Shown piece by piece: positions 39,970 to 49,894 of a stretch of 64,000 nt of DNA. The first letter of the stretch is position 1, and each line of letters starts with the position of its first letter. Source of the stretch: an uncultured Nitrospiraceae bacterium (GTDB lineage: Bacteria > Nitrospirota > Nitrospiria > Nitrospirales > Nitrospiraceae); the NCBI GenBank assembly GCA_963706325.1, contig CAVPLT010000007.1, forward strand, positions 256,001 to 320,000, written 5' to 3'. The translations under genes were made by a program, and so were the position numbers. The notes under the pieces were generated by a model that saw only the letters and a list, made by a program, of their open reading frames with translations, had not been told where the DNA came from and ran no database searches.

Positions 39970-40287
39970 GTGGCGATAGAGAGGCAAATCATTCGCGCCA
40001 TGCTTGGGGGAGTCGCGATTTCGGTCCATGTTCAACCTCGTGCCTCTCGCACCGAAGCCGCCGGCATCCATGGTGATGCTCTGAAAATCCGCGTGGCTGC
40101 GCCGCCGGCCGACGGGGCGGCGAATGATGAATTGTGCCGCTTCATCGCCCGCCAGTGCGACGTCTCGCTCAGCGCGGTAGAGATTCTCAGTGGGGCAGGT
40201 GCGCGGCAAAAACGCGTGTTGGTGAAGGGGCGGTCTGTCGAGCAGGTGCGTGAGCGATTTCAACTCGAAGCCGACGGCCCTCGATGA
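39970..40287 (+). CDS. DUF167/YggU-family protein
   Basis: VHVQPRAS, LKIRVAAPP.DGAAN.EL, I.SG...R.KRV. Confidence 0.88.
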   Translation: MAIERQIIRAMLGGVAISVHVQPRASRTEAAGIHGDALKIRVAAPPADGAANDELCRFIARQCDVSLSAVEILSGAGARQKRVLVKGRSVEQVRERFQLEADGPR

Positions 40288-40853
40288 GGAGGTCATCTTT
40301 GAATAACGCACCGCGGGCAGAAGAAAACGCGCCAGGTGGCCGCATGACCATCGGCGCGGGGGGAGAATGTGACGTTTCAGCATCTCCTCTACTTGAGGCC
40401 CGGCCAAAGGGCGCAGAGATAAAGTCCTCTTCAGCGTACCTTATCATGGTCCTTCTTGCAGCGAGCAGTCTTATGGCTTGCGCAGGACCCGAACCAGTTT
40501 TTAGATCTAATCTCCAACTGCAACTGTATGGCAAGGATACGGCTGAGCGCGAAGCGGCGGTGTGTGGGCTGAAAGCCGAGCGTGCCGGCTTACACCATGG
40601 CACCAATCGAAGCGGGAATGCGGGCGCGGGCATTGCGCTGGGGGTGATCGGTGGGGCGGCGGTGGGGGCATCCACAGGATTGATCGGTGGCCCGACTGGG
40701 GTGGCCATCGGGGCGGCGGCGGGAGGAGCCGTGGGTGCGGTGCTAGGTCTTCTTGCAGGCACCTATAAGCCACTGGAGCCGCAGCAGGAGTATGCGGCCT
40801 TCGTGGAACGTTGCCTGAAGGAGAAGGGGTACGAAACCGCCGGCTGGCAATGA
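40284..40853 (+). CDS. Glycine-zipper (lipo)protein; start uncertain
   Basis: LMAC lipobox-like, GxxxG arrays, FVERCL..KGY. Confidence 0.75.
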   Translation: MRRSSLNNAPRAEENAPGGRMTIGAGGECDVSASPLLEARPKGAEIKSSSAYLIMVLLAASSLMACAGPEPVFRSNLQLQLYGKDTAEREAAVCGLKAERAGLHHGTNRSGNAGAGIALGVIGGAAVGASTGLIGGPTGVAIGAAAGGAVGAVLGLLAGTYKPLEPQQEYAAFVERCLKEKGYETAGWQ

Positions 40854-40892
40854 CGAAGCCTGTGCGTGACTCAGGGGCGCGGGCTGAACTGC

Positions 40893-42140
40893 TTAAAACG
40901 TAAAACAGCCTGAGTAGTTGGCCAGCAGACATTGAACGCGGATCGAGATGCGTTCCAACCGGTCCAATTGTTGCGGTGTCGGCACAGAGCCGTCGACCGC
41001 CCGCAGCCATTCGGCGTCCTTCCTCAGTTTATAGAGCGACCATCTTGAAGTGCCTGGGATCAGCGTATCCTCGCGCGACGCCTGGTCGATAATTCTTCGA
41101 AACGAAGCCACTTCATCCGCAAACTCCACCCGCTGTGCGTTGAAGGTGTAGGGTGTCTCGTCCTGATCGATGAGGGTAATGAGGCGGCTGAGCCATTCGA
41201 CCGTGGCGGCCATGCGTTCGTAGTGCAAGGTGCTGGTGACATCCCCTGCGGTGTGGTAGCGGGGTGTGCGCCCGGCAGAGAGAAAGAGAAACGGCAGCCC
41301 ATGATTGCGAAAAACGTCATAGTCACTGAAGGCTTTATGGCCGCGATCAGGAATTTCTTCGACGAGGTGAATGCCGACAGGGATGACCCTGAGGGATGAC
41401 GCGACAGTGTCTTTGAGGCGTTGATACAGCTCGGGGCTTTTCTCCGCGCCGGTGGCAAAAATCGCATCCTTCAGCGGTGTCCACTGGACGCCGCCCATGA
41501 GGTCCATGATGATCGCCGCCTGAATATTGTCCGCGCGGCCGATTTCAACCGGGAGGTGATGAAAGAAAAACTGCGACCCCATTTCAGCCGTCCCGAAGTA
41601 AGGGGATTCTTCGCTGTTGAAAGCGACAAAGATGATTCCATGGTGCGACGGGTCCTCCACGTGCCGCGCGGTTTCGAGAAGGATGGCGAGGGAGGATGCG
41701 TTGTCGTCCGCTCCGAGAAAGGGGTAGCCAAGATGGTCATAATGCGCGCCGATCACCAGCCATCGCGCCGAGCCAGTGTCGGCAGTCGGCGGGATGAAGC
41801 CGATGAGGTTGTCGCCGATCTGGGGTGCGATCGGTTGTCGATAGCCGCCAAGAGATGGCAGTGGCTGGAGTCCGACCGCTCGAAATTGGTCTTCAAGGTA
41901 CTGGGCAGCTTGGCGGTTGCCCGGCGAGCCAGGCTGACGGCCGGTTTGCTCGGCGCCTGCCAGGAATGCCACATGACTGTGCAGTCGCTGGGCGGAGACC
42001 GAGTCGACGGGTAAGTTCCGCGGATCGATGGGCTCCATCGTGTGAAGGCAGCCGGTCGCGTTGAGGCAGACCAGAAGGGAAAGGGTTAAGAGAAACACCG
42101 CGAACCGGCTGGTTTGATGAGGCCGTGCAGGGGCATTCAC
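40893..42140 (-). CDS. M28-family metallopeptidase, probable lipoprotein
   Basis: IGAHYDHLG, GADDNAS, FNSEE, DLMG, SDY, YHT. Confidence 0.88.
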   Translation of the reverse strand: MNAPARPHQTSRFAVFLLTLSLLVCLNATGCLHTMEPIDPRNLPVDSVSAQRLHSHVAFLAGAEQTGRQPGSPGNRQAAQYLEDQFRAVGLQPLPSLGGYRQPIAPQIGDNLIGFIPPTADTGSARWLVIGAHYDHLGYPFLGADDNASSLAILLETARHVEDPSHHGIIFVAFNSEESPYFGTAEMGSQFFFHHLPVEIGRADNIQAAIIMDLMGGVQWTPLKDAIFATGAEKSPELYQRLKDTVASSLRVIPVGIHLVEEIPDRGHKAFSDYDVFRNHGLPFLFLSAGRTPRYHTAGDVTSTLHYERMAATVEWLSRLITLIDQDETPYTFNAQRVEFADEVASFRRIIDQASREDTLIPGTSRWSLYKLRKDAEWLRAVDGSVPTPQQLDRLERISIRVQCLLANYSGCFTF

Positions 42141-42583
42141 GGTTGTGAGTCAGGATCCGGGGCTCTGGGAGGCGTCGATTCTAATGGCGCCATCGGGAGC
42201 GCCTTGTGGCGGAGCGCCCGGCCTTTTTCAGGCGTCGGATCCGTGATGAGGCCGTAACATTGACGACCTTCATGATCTTCAGGCAGGTACTCGGTGATCG
42301 GCATGCCGTCCTCCCGGACGAAGAGCAAGCAATGGCAATATTTATAGATCTGCATCTCATCGCAGGCGCACATCCAACGTCGCAACTTCGCTTCGGCTTG
42401 CTTATCCGGATAAAAGTTGCACGGGCAGAGGGGTTTACCCAGTTCGTCCACGTGAGCGGCAAGGCCTAGCACGACCGCATTGGTGACGGCCTCATTCGGG
42501 TGCATGGCCGTGCCGCTTTTCTCGGCGAAGCCTTTTACATACTTCCACATTTTGTCGAGGCTGTGTTTGCTCGGCTCACCCAT
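42137..42583 (-). CDS. Ferredoxin:thioredoxin reductase catalytic subunit-like protein
   Basis: CPC..CAC..CHC.LF motif set. Confidence 0.88.
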   Translation of the reverse strand: MGEPSKHSLDKMWKYVKGFAEKSGTAMHPNEAVTNAVVLGLAAHVDELGKPLCPCNFYPDKQAEAKLRRWMCACDEMQIYKYCHCLLFVREDGMPITEYLPEDHEGRQCYGLITDPTPEKGRALRHKALPMAPLESTPPRAPDPDSQP

Positions 42584-42715
42584 TCCGTCCCCCGCATTCC
42601 AACTGCACAGTAATGAATCGCATCTGCGAAAACTCGCTGCTCGCGAGGTCACAGTTTACAAGCGAAATTGTGTCCTTTACAATCCACAACTTCCGCTGAA
42701 AGGGACTGTTACTGT

Positions 42716-45700
42716 ATGGCTTCGGAGCGTGCTCAGCAACAACTGTGCGATCAGTTGGTCGCCCAGCTCGGCCAGAATTCGGCCAAGGCTGTGGTCAACG
42801 CCATTATGCGGCAGGAGACCAGGCACGATGCTGTGGACGGTGTGCTGGTGTTGCTGGAAGAACTGACGGAGCAGGCTCCCAAAGCCGCCAAGAGTGCCGT
42901 TGACGCGCTGGCGGAGATGCAACGTCGTGAGGTGCTGGCGGATGTTCTTCCATGGCTCGATCTCGGAGTGGCCATCGCGGGGGATTCCGGCGCGTTAGCA
43001 CTCAGGTTTTTTAAGGAGAGCCCGCTGTTGCTCAGTCTCTTGGATCCCTTGAAACGGAAGGTGGTGCTGGACACCGGGCTGGAATTGGCTGATCGAAACG
43101 CCAATGTGGCGGTGGAATTCATTCGGATTGCACCGGAGGCCGTGGCAGTCCTACCCTCGGCTGACTGGTCCACGTGGATGGAGTTGGCCTGTGAGCTGGC
43201 GGACACCGATTTTGCCCTGGCGGTTGAATATATCAGACAGATTCCCTCGATTGCGCCCGTGCTGCCTCTCAATGCCGTTCGTTCTTGGGTGCAGTTCGGC
43301 ACGAAATTGATTGTCGAGAACAGTCTCGGTAAGCCGGATTACCTGGGCGCGTTAGAGTTCTTTCGCACGAGCCCGGCCATTTTGGAGGATATATCCGCGG
43401 AAGGTCAACGTATCCAGGTGATTCGCTTAGGCGCGCAGATGGCAGCCCGATCGCCGGACAGCGGTATTGCGGTTCTGTCAGAGGCCCCCGCGATCTTACG
43501 GCGGCTTCCAAGTGAGGAGTGGCAGATGCAAGTGCTGCAGTATGCGTTGTTGGTCGCGGAGCGCGATGCCGACACGGCGCTGGCCTACATCCGGCGATGC
43601 CCTGAACTGGTCGCATTGATCGGTGGTGGCGAAGACGCCAAGAAGAAGTTCCAGGCCTGGTTCGCCTCCGGCATGGAGACACTGGAGTATAGCCTGGATG
43701 GGGGCAGGGCCTACTTTGCCATGGAGACAGAGAAGGCTTTGGGCGCCCTGTCGCAAGCTCTCAGCGGTGTGCCCTTGCGGCAGATTGCCCGGCGCATCAA
43801 GCTGTTTGCCCAGGCGTTGTGTGGTCGCGACCTGCGTATTTACGATCTCCCGGATGCTCTCGAGTCTGGACAGCCGATGGTCCGTGCGATGGTGAGTGGA
43901 GACGGGCGGAGTATTGGATTGCCTTCAATTGTTCGACGGTACCCCACGTTCGATGAAAATGTGCGGTTATATATGGTGATGGTTGCGCATGAGGCCGGCC
44001 ATCTGGAATTCGGCACGTTCGAGTGGCCAATTGCCCGATTACAGGACTTGGTCGAGGATCTTGGACGGCGATATGGGCGGTCCGTTTCGCAGGAAGCGCG
44101 GACATTGGGCGATGTGTTCGCGCGATACCCCCAGCCGGGTTTAATTCGTGATCTCTGGGCCCTCCTCGAGGATGCCCGAGTCGAGTCGTTGCTGCGGGCC
44201 GAATATCCAGGCCTGAGCCGGGACTTGGTGGCGATGGCGAAAGACGCCGTCACGATCCGAAGTCTTGCCCATGGCATGACCGTGCGTGAACTGGTTGTCG
44301 ACCAGCTCCTGCTGCTTTCCACTGCCGAAGCCGGATCTATTACGGTTCCTGATGTCGTAAAGGATGAAGTCGATCAGCTCTGGACACTCTGTCAGACGAT
44401 CTTCCGACCCTCGTCCACTGCCGAGGAAGCCGTGCGATTGGCCGACCGCCTCTACGTGCGTATGGACGAACTACTTGCCATCAGGCGGGAATCCGTCTCT
44501 CCTGAGAGTGAATCGGCGACTCCGGAGCAATCGATCCCTGCGCCAAAATCTTCAGAAGGTCTTTCAGACACCTACCGTCCGATGGACAACTGGGACTATC
44601 GCGGAGCGATGGATCCCAATTTGGTAAGGGAGCGAAGCGAATCCTCTCCTCAAGAGACGAGCGCTTCCGGACAGGGGGATAGCGAGGGGGGGGCCGGTTT
44701 GGCCGGTGATTCCGGAGGATCGTCGGGAGGGGGAACGGCTCGCTCGCAACAGACTGCGGAAGAAATGCTGGTTCCTGGTCGTCGTCAGCCGTCGCTTGTG
44801 GAGGAGGTCCTGGCGATGGAAGGCGAGGGGCTGCGGTCCGAGGACCACCATCCCGGAGCCGTGAAGGCCGTTCGTTACCATGAATGGGACGCCGCCATCC
44901 AGGATTATCGCATGAACTGGTGCCGCGTGGTCGAACGTGAGGCGCTAGAAGGATCGTCTGATTTTGTGGAGGCCACCTTGGCCGCGCAGGGCGTGTCCGT
45001 ACGGCTGCTGCGGCGCTATTTTGAAAGCCTGCGTCCTCCGGGGCTGCGGCGCCTCGCTGGTCAACTCGATGGGGAAGACCTGGACATGGATGCGGTCATC
45101 ACTCGATTGGCCGACCTCGCCGCGGGCATCGAACCATCGGAGCGGATTTACGTGCGACGTGAAAAACGGGAACGGGACGTCGCCGCAGCCTTTTTGGTGG
45201 ACCTCAGCGGTTCTACCAGCCGGCAGGTCGACCAAGGCCGGCGGATCATCGATGTCGAGAAACAGGGCTTGGTACTCCTGTGCGAAGCGCTCACAGCAAT
45301 TGGGGACCAATTTGCTGTGTACGGCTATTCAGGGCAAGGACGGCATCAGGTGGATTTCGTGGTGCTCAAGGCGTTTGACGAACCCGTGATCGGCCGCGCA
45401 GCGGCCAAGCTGGGAGGGATGGTGCCGTTACAACAGAATCGTGACGGCGCGGCTATCCGCCATGCCACGAGCAAGCTCCTTGCCCGCCAGGCAAAGACAC
45501 GAATTTTGGTCATCCTCAGCGACGGCCGACCCTTGGATGACGACTATAAAGAGGACTATTCTTTGGAAGATACACGCATGGCCTTGCGGGAGGCTCGCGC
45601 CAGTGGCATTGCGCCGGTATGTATTACGATCGACAAGCAGGCGGATGCCTATCTGCGTCGAATGTACGGAGAAGTGCGCTATATGGTGATTGATCGGGTT

Positions 45701-45751
45701 GAGGGGTTGCCGGAGAAGCTCCCGAGGATTTACCATCGGCTGACGGCCTGA
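42716..45751 (+). CDS. NorD/CbbO-family VWA protein with long N-terminal helical-repeat extension
   Basis: HEAGH, LEDARVE, YHEWD..IQDYR.NWC, DLSGS (MIDAS), RDGAAIRH, LSDGRP, LPRIYHRLT. Confidence 0.9.
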   Translation: MASERAQQQLCDQLVAQLGQNSAKAVVNAIMRQETRHDAVDGVLVLLEELTEQAPKAAKSAVDALAEMQRREVLADVLPWLDLGVAIAGDSGALALRFFKESPLLLSLLDPLKRKVVLDTGLELADRNANVAVEFIRIAPEAVAVLPSADWSTWMELACELADTDFALAVEYIRQIPSIAPVLPLNAVRSWVQFGTKLIVENSLGKPDYLGALEFFRTSPAILEDISAEGQRIQVIRLGAQMAARSPDSGIAVLSEAPAILRRLPSEEWQMQVLQYALLVAERDADTALAYIRRCPELVALIGGGEDAKKKFQAWFASGMETLEYSLDGGRAYFAMETEKALGALSQALSGVPLRQIARRIKLFAQALCGRDLRIYDLPDALESGQPMVRAMVSGDGRSIGLPSIVRRYPTFDENVRLYMVMVAHEAGHLEFGTFEWPIARLQDLVEDLGRRYGRSVSQEARTLGDVFARYPQPGLIRDLWALLEDARVESLLRAEYPGLSRDLVAMAKDAVTIRSLAHGMTVRELVVDQLLLLSTAEAGSITVPDVVKDEVDQLWTLCQTIFRPSSTAEEAVRLADRLYVRMDELLAIRRESVSPESESATPEQSIPAPKSSEGLSDTYRPMDNWDYRGAMDPNLVRERSESSPQETSASGQGDSEGGAGLAGDSGGSSGGGTARSQQTAEEMLVPGRRQPSLVEEVLAMEGEGLRSEDHHPGAVKAVRYHEWDAAIQDYRMNWCRVVEREALEGSSDFVEATLAAQGVSVRLLRRYFESLRPPGLRRLAGQLDGEDLDMDAVITRLADLAAGIEPSERIYVRREKRERDVAAAFLVDLSGSTSRQVDQGRRIIDVEKQGLVLLCEALTAIGDQFAVYGYSGQGRHQVDFVVLKAFDEPVIGRAAAKLGGMVPLQQNRDGAAIRHATSKLLARQAKTRILVILSDGRPLDDDYKEDYSLEDTRMALREARASGIAPVCITIDKQADAYLRRMYGEVRYMVIDRVEGLPEKLPRIYHRLTA

Positions 45752-45794
45752 AGGGTCGTGAACAAGGCCTTTGCCGTACTGGAGCATACCAAAA

Positions 45795-46205
45795 ATGATT
45801 GAGCAGCCACCCCGACCGACCGTGCCGCCCTGGCTCTACAAACTGTTTACCGGCCATCAATATCCCTATGTTAGGCGACAGGCGAAATTTGCGAATCGAA
45901 ACTTCAAGCCAGGCGAGGAGCGCCCGGAACCTACGCGGGATGAGATCGATGCCAAGTTCTGGGAGATCTACCCGCGTTGCACCGCCAAAATTCTTGAGGA
46001 AGTCAAAGCCGGCATGATTGTGGTATTCCACGAATTAGGTGACTATCCCGCAGGGGGCTACCAGGGCTTGGTTGAGACGCCCGAAGATTTTCTCGCGGCG
46101 AATTATGGGAAAAAGAAAATCAAAGTGAATTTTTATGACGGTGATAATTTTGTCTGCACGATCAATTTCAAGGTCGGCGGATGGACAGGGCATGAACACG
46201 CGTGA
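45795..46205 (+). CDS. Hypothetical protein
   Basis: Clean ORF with protein-like composition between the VWA gene and mdh. Confidence 0.7.
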   Translation: MIEQPPRPTVPPWLYKLFTGHQYPYVRRQAKFANRNFKPGEERPEPTRDEIDAKFWEIYPRCTAKILEEVKAGMIVVFHELGDYPAGGYQGLVETPEDFLAANYGKKKIKVNFYDGDNFVCTINFKVGGWTGHEHA

Positions 46206-46268
46206 AGGGTCATGGGTGAGGTGTAAGGGAAGTCTTGCACGTCACGCTTTACGCTTCAAGTTTCACGA
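46202..46268. repeat. Inverted array of degenerate heptamers
   Basis: GTGAAGG GTCATGG GTGAGGT GTAAGGG, then GTCACGC TTTACGC TTCAAGT TTCACGA. Confidence 0.5.
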
Positions 46269-46274
46269 GGTGGG

Positions 46275-47219
46275 ATGATGGGGCGACCGAAAATTACGGT
46301 AGTGGGCGCAGGCAATGTCGGCGGGACTGTCGCGCAACGTCTGGCTGAGAAAAATGCGTATGACGTTGTGTTGGTCGACATTGTGCCGGGAATCCCGCAA
46401 GGGAAGGCATTGGATATCACGCAGGCAGGGCCTGTCTGTGGCTACAGCACGCGTGTTGCCGGCGCGAACGGGTATGAGGAGACGGCAGGGTCTGCCATTG
46501 CCGTCATTACGTCGGGCATGCCCAGAAAGCCGGGGATGAGCCGGGATGAGCTGTTGGTGACCAATGCGAAAATCGTGCAGACGGTGGTGAGAGAGCTGGT
46601 GGCGCGTTCGCCGAACATTATTCTCATCCTGGTGACGAATCCATTGGACGCCATGGTGCATGTGGCGAGGCAGGTCAGTGGTCTGCCGAAATCGCGGGTG
46701 CTTGGCATGGCGGGGGTACTCGATACTGCGCGGTTGCGGGCATTTGTCGCGGAAGAATTGAACGTGCCAGGGACAGACGTGCATGCGATGGTCTTAGGCG
46801 GGCATGGGGACACCATGGTGCCACTGGTACGACAAACGACGGTATCGGGAAAACCCATCACTGAGCGGCTGGCTCCCGAACGACTCGCGGCGTTGATCAA
46901 GCGCACGCAAGACGGTGGCGCGGAGATCGTGGGCTTGCTCAAGACGGGCAGCGCATTTTATGCGCCGTCCGCTTCCGCGGTGGATATGGTCGAGGCGATT
47001 ATGAAGGACGAGAAGCGTGTGGTGCCCTGTGCGATGCTCTGCGAGGGCGAATACGGATTGAAGGACGTCATTGTGGGAGTCCCTGTCACGCTGGGTCGTG
47101 GCGGCGGCGAATCCATTATCGAGTATGACCTGACTGCCGAAGAGCGGACTGCGTTGCAAGCATCTGCCGAGGCGGTGCGGGACTTGTGCCTGGTGGTTGA
47201 TCGGCTGTTGACCGCATAA
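46275..47219 (+). CDS. mdh: Malate dehydrogenase (LDH-like)
   Basis: [44 protein letters not shown]. Confidence 0.95.
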   Translation: MMGRPKITVVGAGNVGGTVAQRLAEKNAYDVVLVDIVPGIPQGKALDITQAGPVCGYSTRVAGANGYEETAGSAIAVITSGMPRKPGMSRDELLVTNAKIVQTVVRELVARSPNIILILVTNPLDAMVHVARQVSGLPKSRVLGMAGVLDTARLRAFVAEELNVPGTDVHAMVLGGHGDTMVPLVRQTTVSGKPITERLAPERLAALIKRTQDGGAEIVGLLKTGSAFYAPSASAVDMVEAIMKDEKRVVPCAMLCEGEYGLKDVIVGVPVTLGRGGGESIIEYDLTAEERTALQASAEAVRDLCLVVDRLLTA

Positions 47220-47323
47220 ACCGACGACATTTCGCATAAGGGGAGAGGCAGGGTTGCTTGACAAGGCTCCACAGCCTACAGTAGAGAACGTGGTTGCACT
47301 AAACCGTTTTAGCTGGGGGACCT

Positions 47324-47911
47324 ATGAAATTTCTTGAAGATCCATATCAGACATTGGGCGCAGGTTTGGCGCTCTCTGTCGGATTGATAGTCATCTATTT
47401 GGGGATGACTGGGGTGGGAGCGGGCGATGTCGACTGGTTCGGGCTGATCATGCGCTGGATTCATTTCCTGGCCGGCATTACCTGGATCGGACTATTGTAT
47501 TTCTTCAACCTGATTAACGCAGGCTTTCTGAAGAGTCTGGATGGGCCGACGAAAAACATCGTGATTCCAAAGCTGATGCCCGCTGCTCTCAATTGGTTCC
47601 GCCATGGTGCGACCGTGACCGTCCTTGCAGGCCTTGTGCTCTACGGTTATCTCTATTCGAAGGGCGGAACGGGGGCCATTGCATTAGGGATCGGCGGTCT
47701 GCTCGGAATCATCATGATGGGAAATGTCCACGCCGTGATTTGGCCGAATCAGAAGAAGGTCATTGCGGCGGTCGCTGCGGCTGCTCAGGGTACTCCTGCT
47801 CCGCCAGAGATGGCCCAGTGGGGACGAACGGCCTTACTCGCGTCGCGTATCAATTTCTTGCTGTCCATCCCCATGCTGTTCTTCATGGGGGCCGGAAGCC
47901 ATTTTAAGTAA
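47324..47911 (+). CDS. PuuD (urate oxidase N-terminal)-like membrane protein without a heme domain
   Basis: RWIHFLAGITWIGLLYFFN, WFR, IM..NV..VIWPNQKK, SRIN..LSIPM. Confidence 0.8.
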   Translation: MKFLEDPYQTLGAGLALSVGLIVIYLGMTGVGAGDVDWFGLIMRWIHFLAGITWIGLLYFFNLINAGFLKSLDGPTKNIVIPKLMPAALNWFRHGATVTVLAGLVLYGYLYSKGGTGAIALGIGGLLGIIMMGNVHAVIWPNQKKVIAAVAAAAQGTPAPPEMAQWGRTALLASRINFLLSIPMLFFMGAGSHFK

Positions 47912-47935
47912 GAGGCGCATCACGAACGCAATGGA

Positions 47936-47972
47936 GGATTGGCCGTTCGAGAGGATGGCCAGTCCCCTTTTT
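47936..47972 (+). terminator. Intrinsic terminator
   Basis: GGATTGGCCGTTC-GAGA-GGATGGCCAGTCC followed by CCTTTTT. Confidence 0.7.
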
Positions 47973-48087
47973 CCTGTCCGTATTCCTGCTAGGAACTGTG
48001 GTCGAGCTTCTGCGCGTTTGGACTGCTTTGCTCTAGGTCTATCAGCCATAACCAATTGAGATTCAGGCCTAATCCGGCTGCCTTGGC

Positions 48088-48116
48088 TTGACGACCCGTG
48101 GGGCCAGCCTTATAGT
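48088..48116 (+). promoter_or_regulatory. Sigma70-type promoter for the nuoF-like operon
   Basis: TTGACG-N17-TATAGT. Confidence 0.6.
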
Positions 48117-48160
48117 ACATGCCTGCCAACCTGGGGGTGTGACCCCCGAAAGGGAATAAC

Positions 48161-49462
48161 GTGACCCTACCTCAATCAAGGGTATTGCAGAAGCTTGAAG
48201 GCGCTCCCTGGGAGATTGATCCCTATCTCAAGACCGGTGGATATGAAGCCTGGCGGAAGTGTCTGAAAGAGCTTACTCCAGAGGACATCGTCGGAGAGAT
48301 CAAGAAGGCTGGCTTGCGTGGTCGGGGAGGAGCCGGTTTCCCCACTGGCACGAAGTGGGACAAGGTCCTCAATCATCGAGTGAAGGAGCGTTATTTCGTC
48401 TGCAATGCGGGGGAGCATGAACCGGGCACCTTCAAGGATCGTCATTTACTCAAACATATCCCGCATCAGCTCATCGAAGGTTGCCTCATTGCATCTCGAA
48501 CGGTGAATGCCAAGGCATCCTATATTTATGTGAATCATGAATATGAGGAAGAAGAAGCCAACCTGAGGAAGGCGATCGCCCAGGCTCGGGAACGCGGGTT
48601 GCTGGGGAAGAATATTCTGGGTACGGGCGTCGACCTCGAGCTCGAAGTGTTTTCCGGTCATGGCAGCTATGTGGCCGGTGAAGAGACGGCGATGTTGGAG
48701 TCGATGCAAGGGCGTCCGGCGATGCCACGTCAGAAACCCCCGTTCTATCCGACCGATTTTGGGCTGTATGGCAAACCGACCTTGGTGAACAACGTCGAGA
48801 CTCTCTGCAATATACCGCAGATATTGAGAAACGGCGCCGCATGGTTTGGTGAAGTGGGCACGGAGAAGTGTCCCGGGACTATGCTTTTCTCGCTCAGCGG
48901 AGCGGTGAATCGACCCGGTGTCTATGAAATGCCGATGGGAATCACCATCAGAGACCTCATTGAGACGTGTGGCGGTGGCGTCCCAAACGGACGTAAGATC
49001 AAGGCTGTGTTCCCGGGTGGACCCGCTTTTTCAATGGTGACGGCGGATCAGTTAGACCTTCCGATGGATTTTGATTCTCTCAAGAAAGCCGGAACTGGGC
49101 TGGGCTCTGCGGGAACTATTGTGATTGACGATGCCACCTGCATGGTGGCGGCGACTCTCAAATACTCGAACTTCTTCAAAGTTGAAAGCTGTGGCCAGTG
49201 CCCTCCATGCCGGATGGGCACGATTAACCTGGCGACCTTGGTCGACAAGATTGAGCGTGGCGAAGGCACCCAAAAGGATCTCGATTCCCTGTTGCAGCTC
49301 TGTGGTTTTGTGAAGGGCACGGGATATTGTACGCTTATAACCGGGGCGGCCGTGTTGGTGCAGAGTAGTCTCCGGTTGTTCCAGCATGAATTTGAAGAGC
49401 ATATTCGCCTGCAGCGTTGTCCATTCCAACCGGCCAAAGCCGGAGCCGGCGCAACCGCCTAA
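48161..49462 (+). CDS. Stand-alone NuoF-like NADH-binding flavoprotein subunit
   Basis: GLRGRGGAGFPTG.KW, EPGTFKDR, GEETA, NNVETL, ESCGQCPPCRMG..C. Confidence 0.92.
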   Translation: MTLPQSRVLQKLEGAPWEIDPYLKTGGYEAWRKCLKELTPEDIVGEIKKAGLRGRGGAGFPTGTKWDKVLNHRVKERYFVCNAGEHEPGTFKDRHLLKHIPHQLIEGCLIASRTVNAKASYIYVNHEYEEEEANLRKAIAQARERGLLGKNILGTGVDLELEVFSGHGSYVAGEETAMLESMQGRPAMPRQKPPFYPTDFGLYGKPTLVNNVETLCNIPQILRNGAAWFGEVGTEKCPGTMLFSLSGAVNRPGVYEMPMGITIRDLIETCGGGVPNGRKIKAVFPGGPAFSMVTADQLDLPMDFDSLKKAGTGLGSAGTIVIDDATCMVAATLKYSNFFKVESCGQCPPCRMGTINLATLVDKIERGEGTQKDLDSLLQLCGFVKGTGYCTLITGAAVLVQSSLRLFQHEFEEHIRLQRCPFQPAKAGAGATA

Positions 49463-49474
49463 AGGAGATGTCGC

Positions 49475-49831
49475 ATGCCGCGCGTGAGTTTTCTCCATCC
49501 GGATGGCAAGAGCGGAGAGGTCGATGCGAGCCTCACATTGCTAGAGGCGGCCCGCATCCTCGGGTTTGAATTGAACAATGACTGCGGAGGCAATGCTTCT
49601 TGCACGACGTGTCGCGTTGAAGTGCAATTGGGTGAGGACAATTTGTCCGAAATTGATTTTGACGAGCAGGATTTGTTGGATCGTGAAGCCTTGTCTGAGC
49701 CTTGGCATCGGCTTGGTTGCCAAGCGAAAATTTTGGGGGATGTGATCGTTCGGGTTCCAGAAACCAAGTGGGAGCAACCCACCGCGGGGACTTCAACTGA
49801 GACAGTGAAAAGGGGAGCGGGACTTTCGTAA
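49475..49831 (+). CDS. 2Fe-2S ferredoxin (adrenodoxin/ISC type)
   Basis: CGGNASCTTC..RLGCQ. Confidence 0.92.
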   Translation: MPRVSFLHPDGKSGEVDASLTLLEAARILGFELNNDCGGNASCTTCRVEVQLGEDNLSEIDFDEQDLLDREALSEPWHRLGCQAKILGDVIVRVPETKWEQPTAGTSTETVKRGAGLS

Positions 49832-49894
49832 GCTCCGGAGAGATGGTAAACTGACACAACGTGCGAGACACGTAGTTCACAAGGAGGATCCATT

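Noticed and set aside
39084..45751. Evidence for denitrification or the Calvin cycle
   Set aside because: No norCB, nirS or Rubisco genes in the window
48161..49462. NADPH-specific NuoF variant
   Set aside because: The GEET glutamates linked to NADH preference are retained
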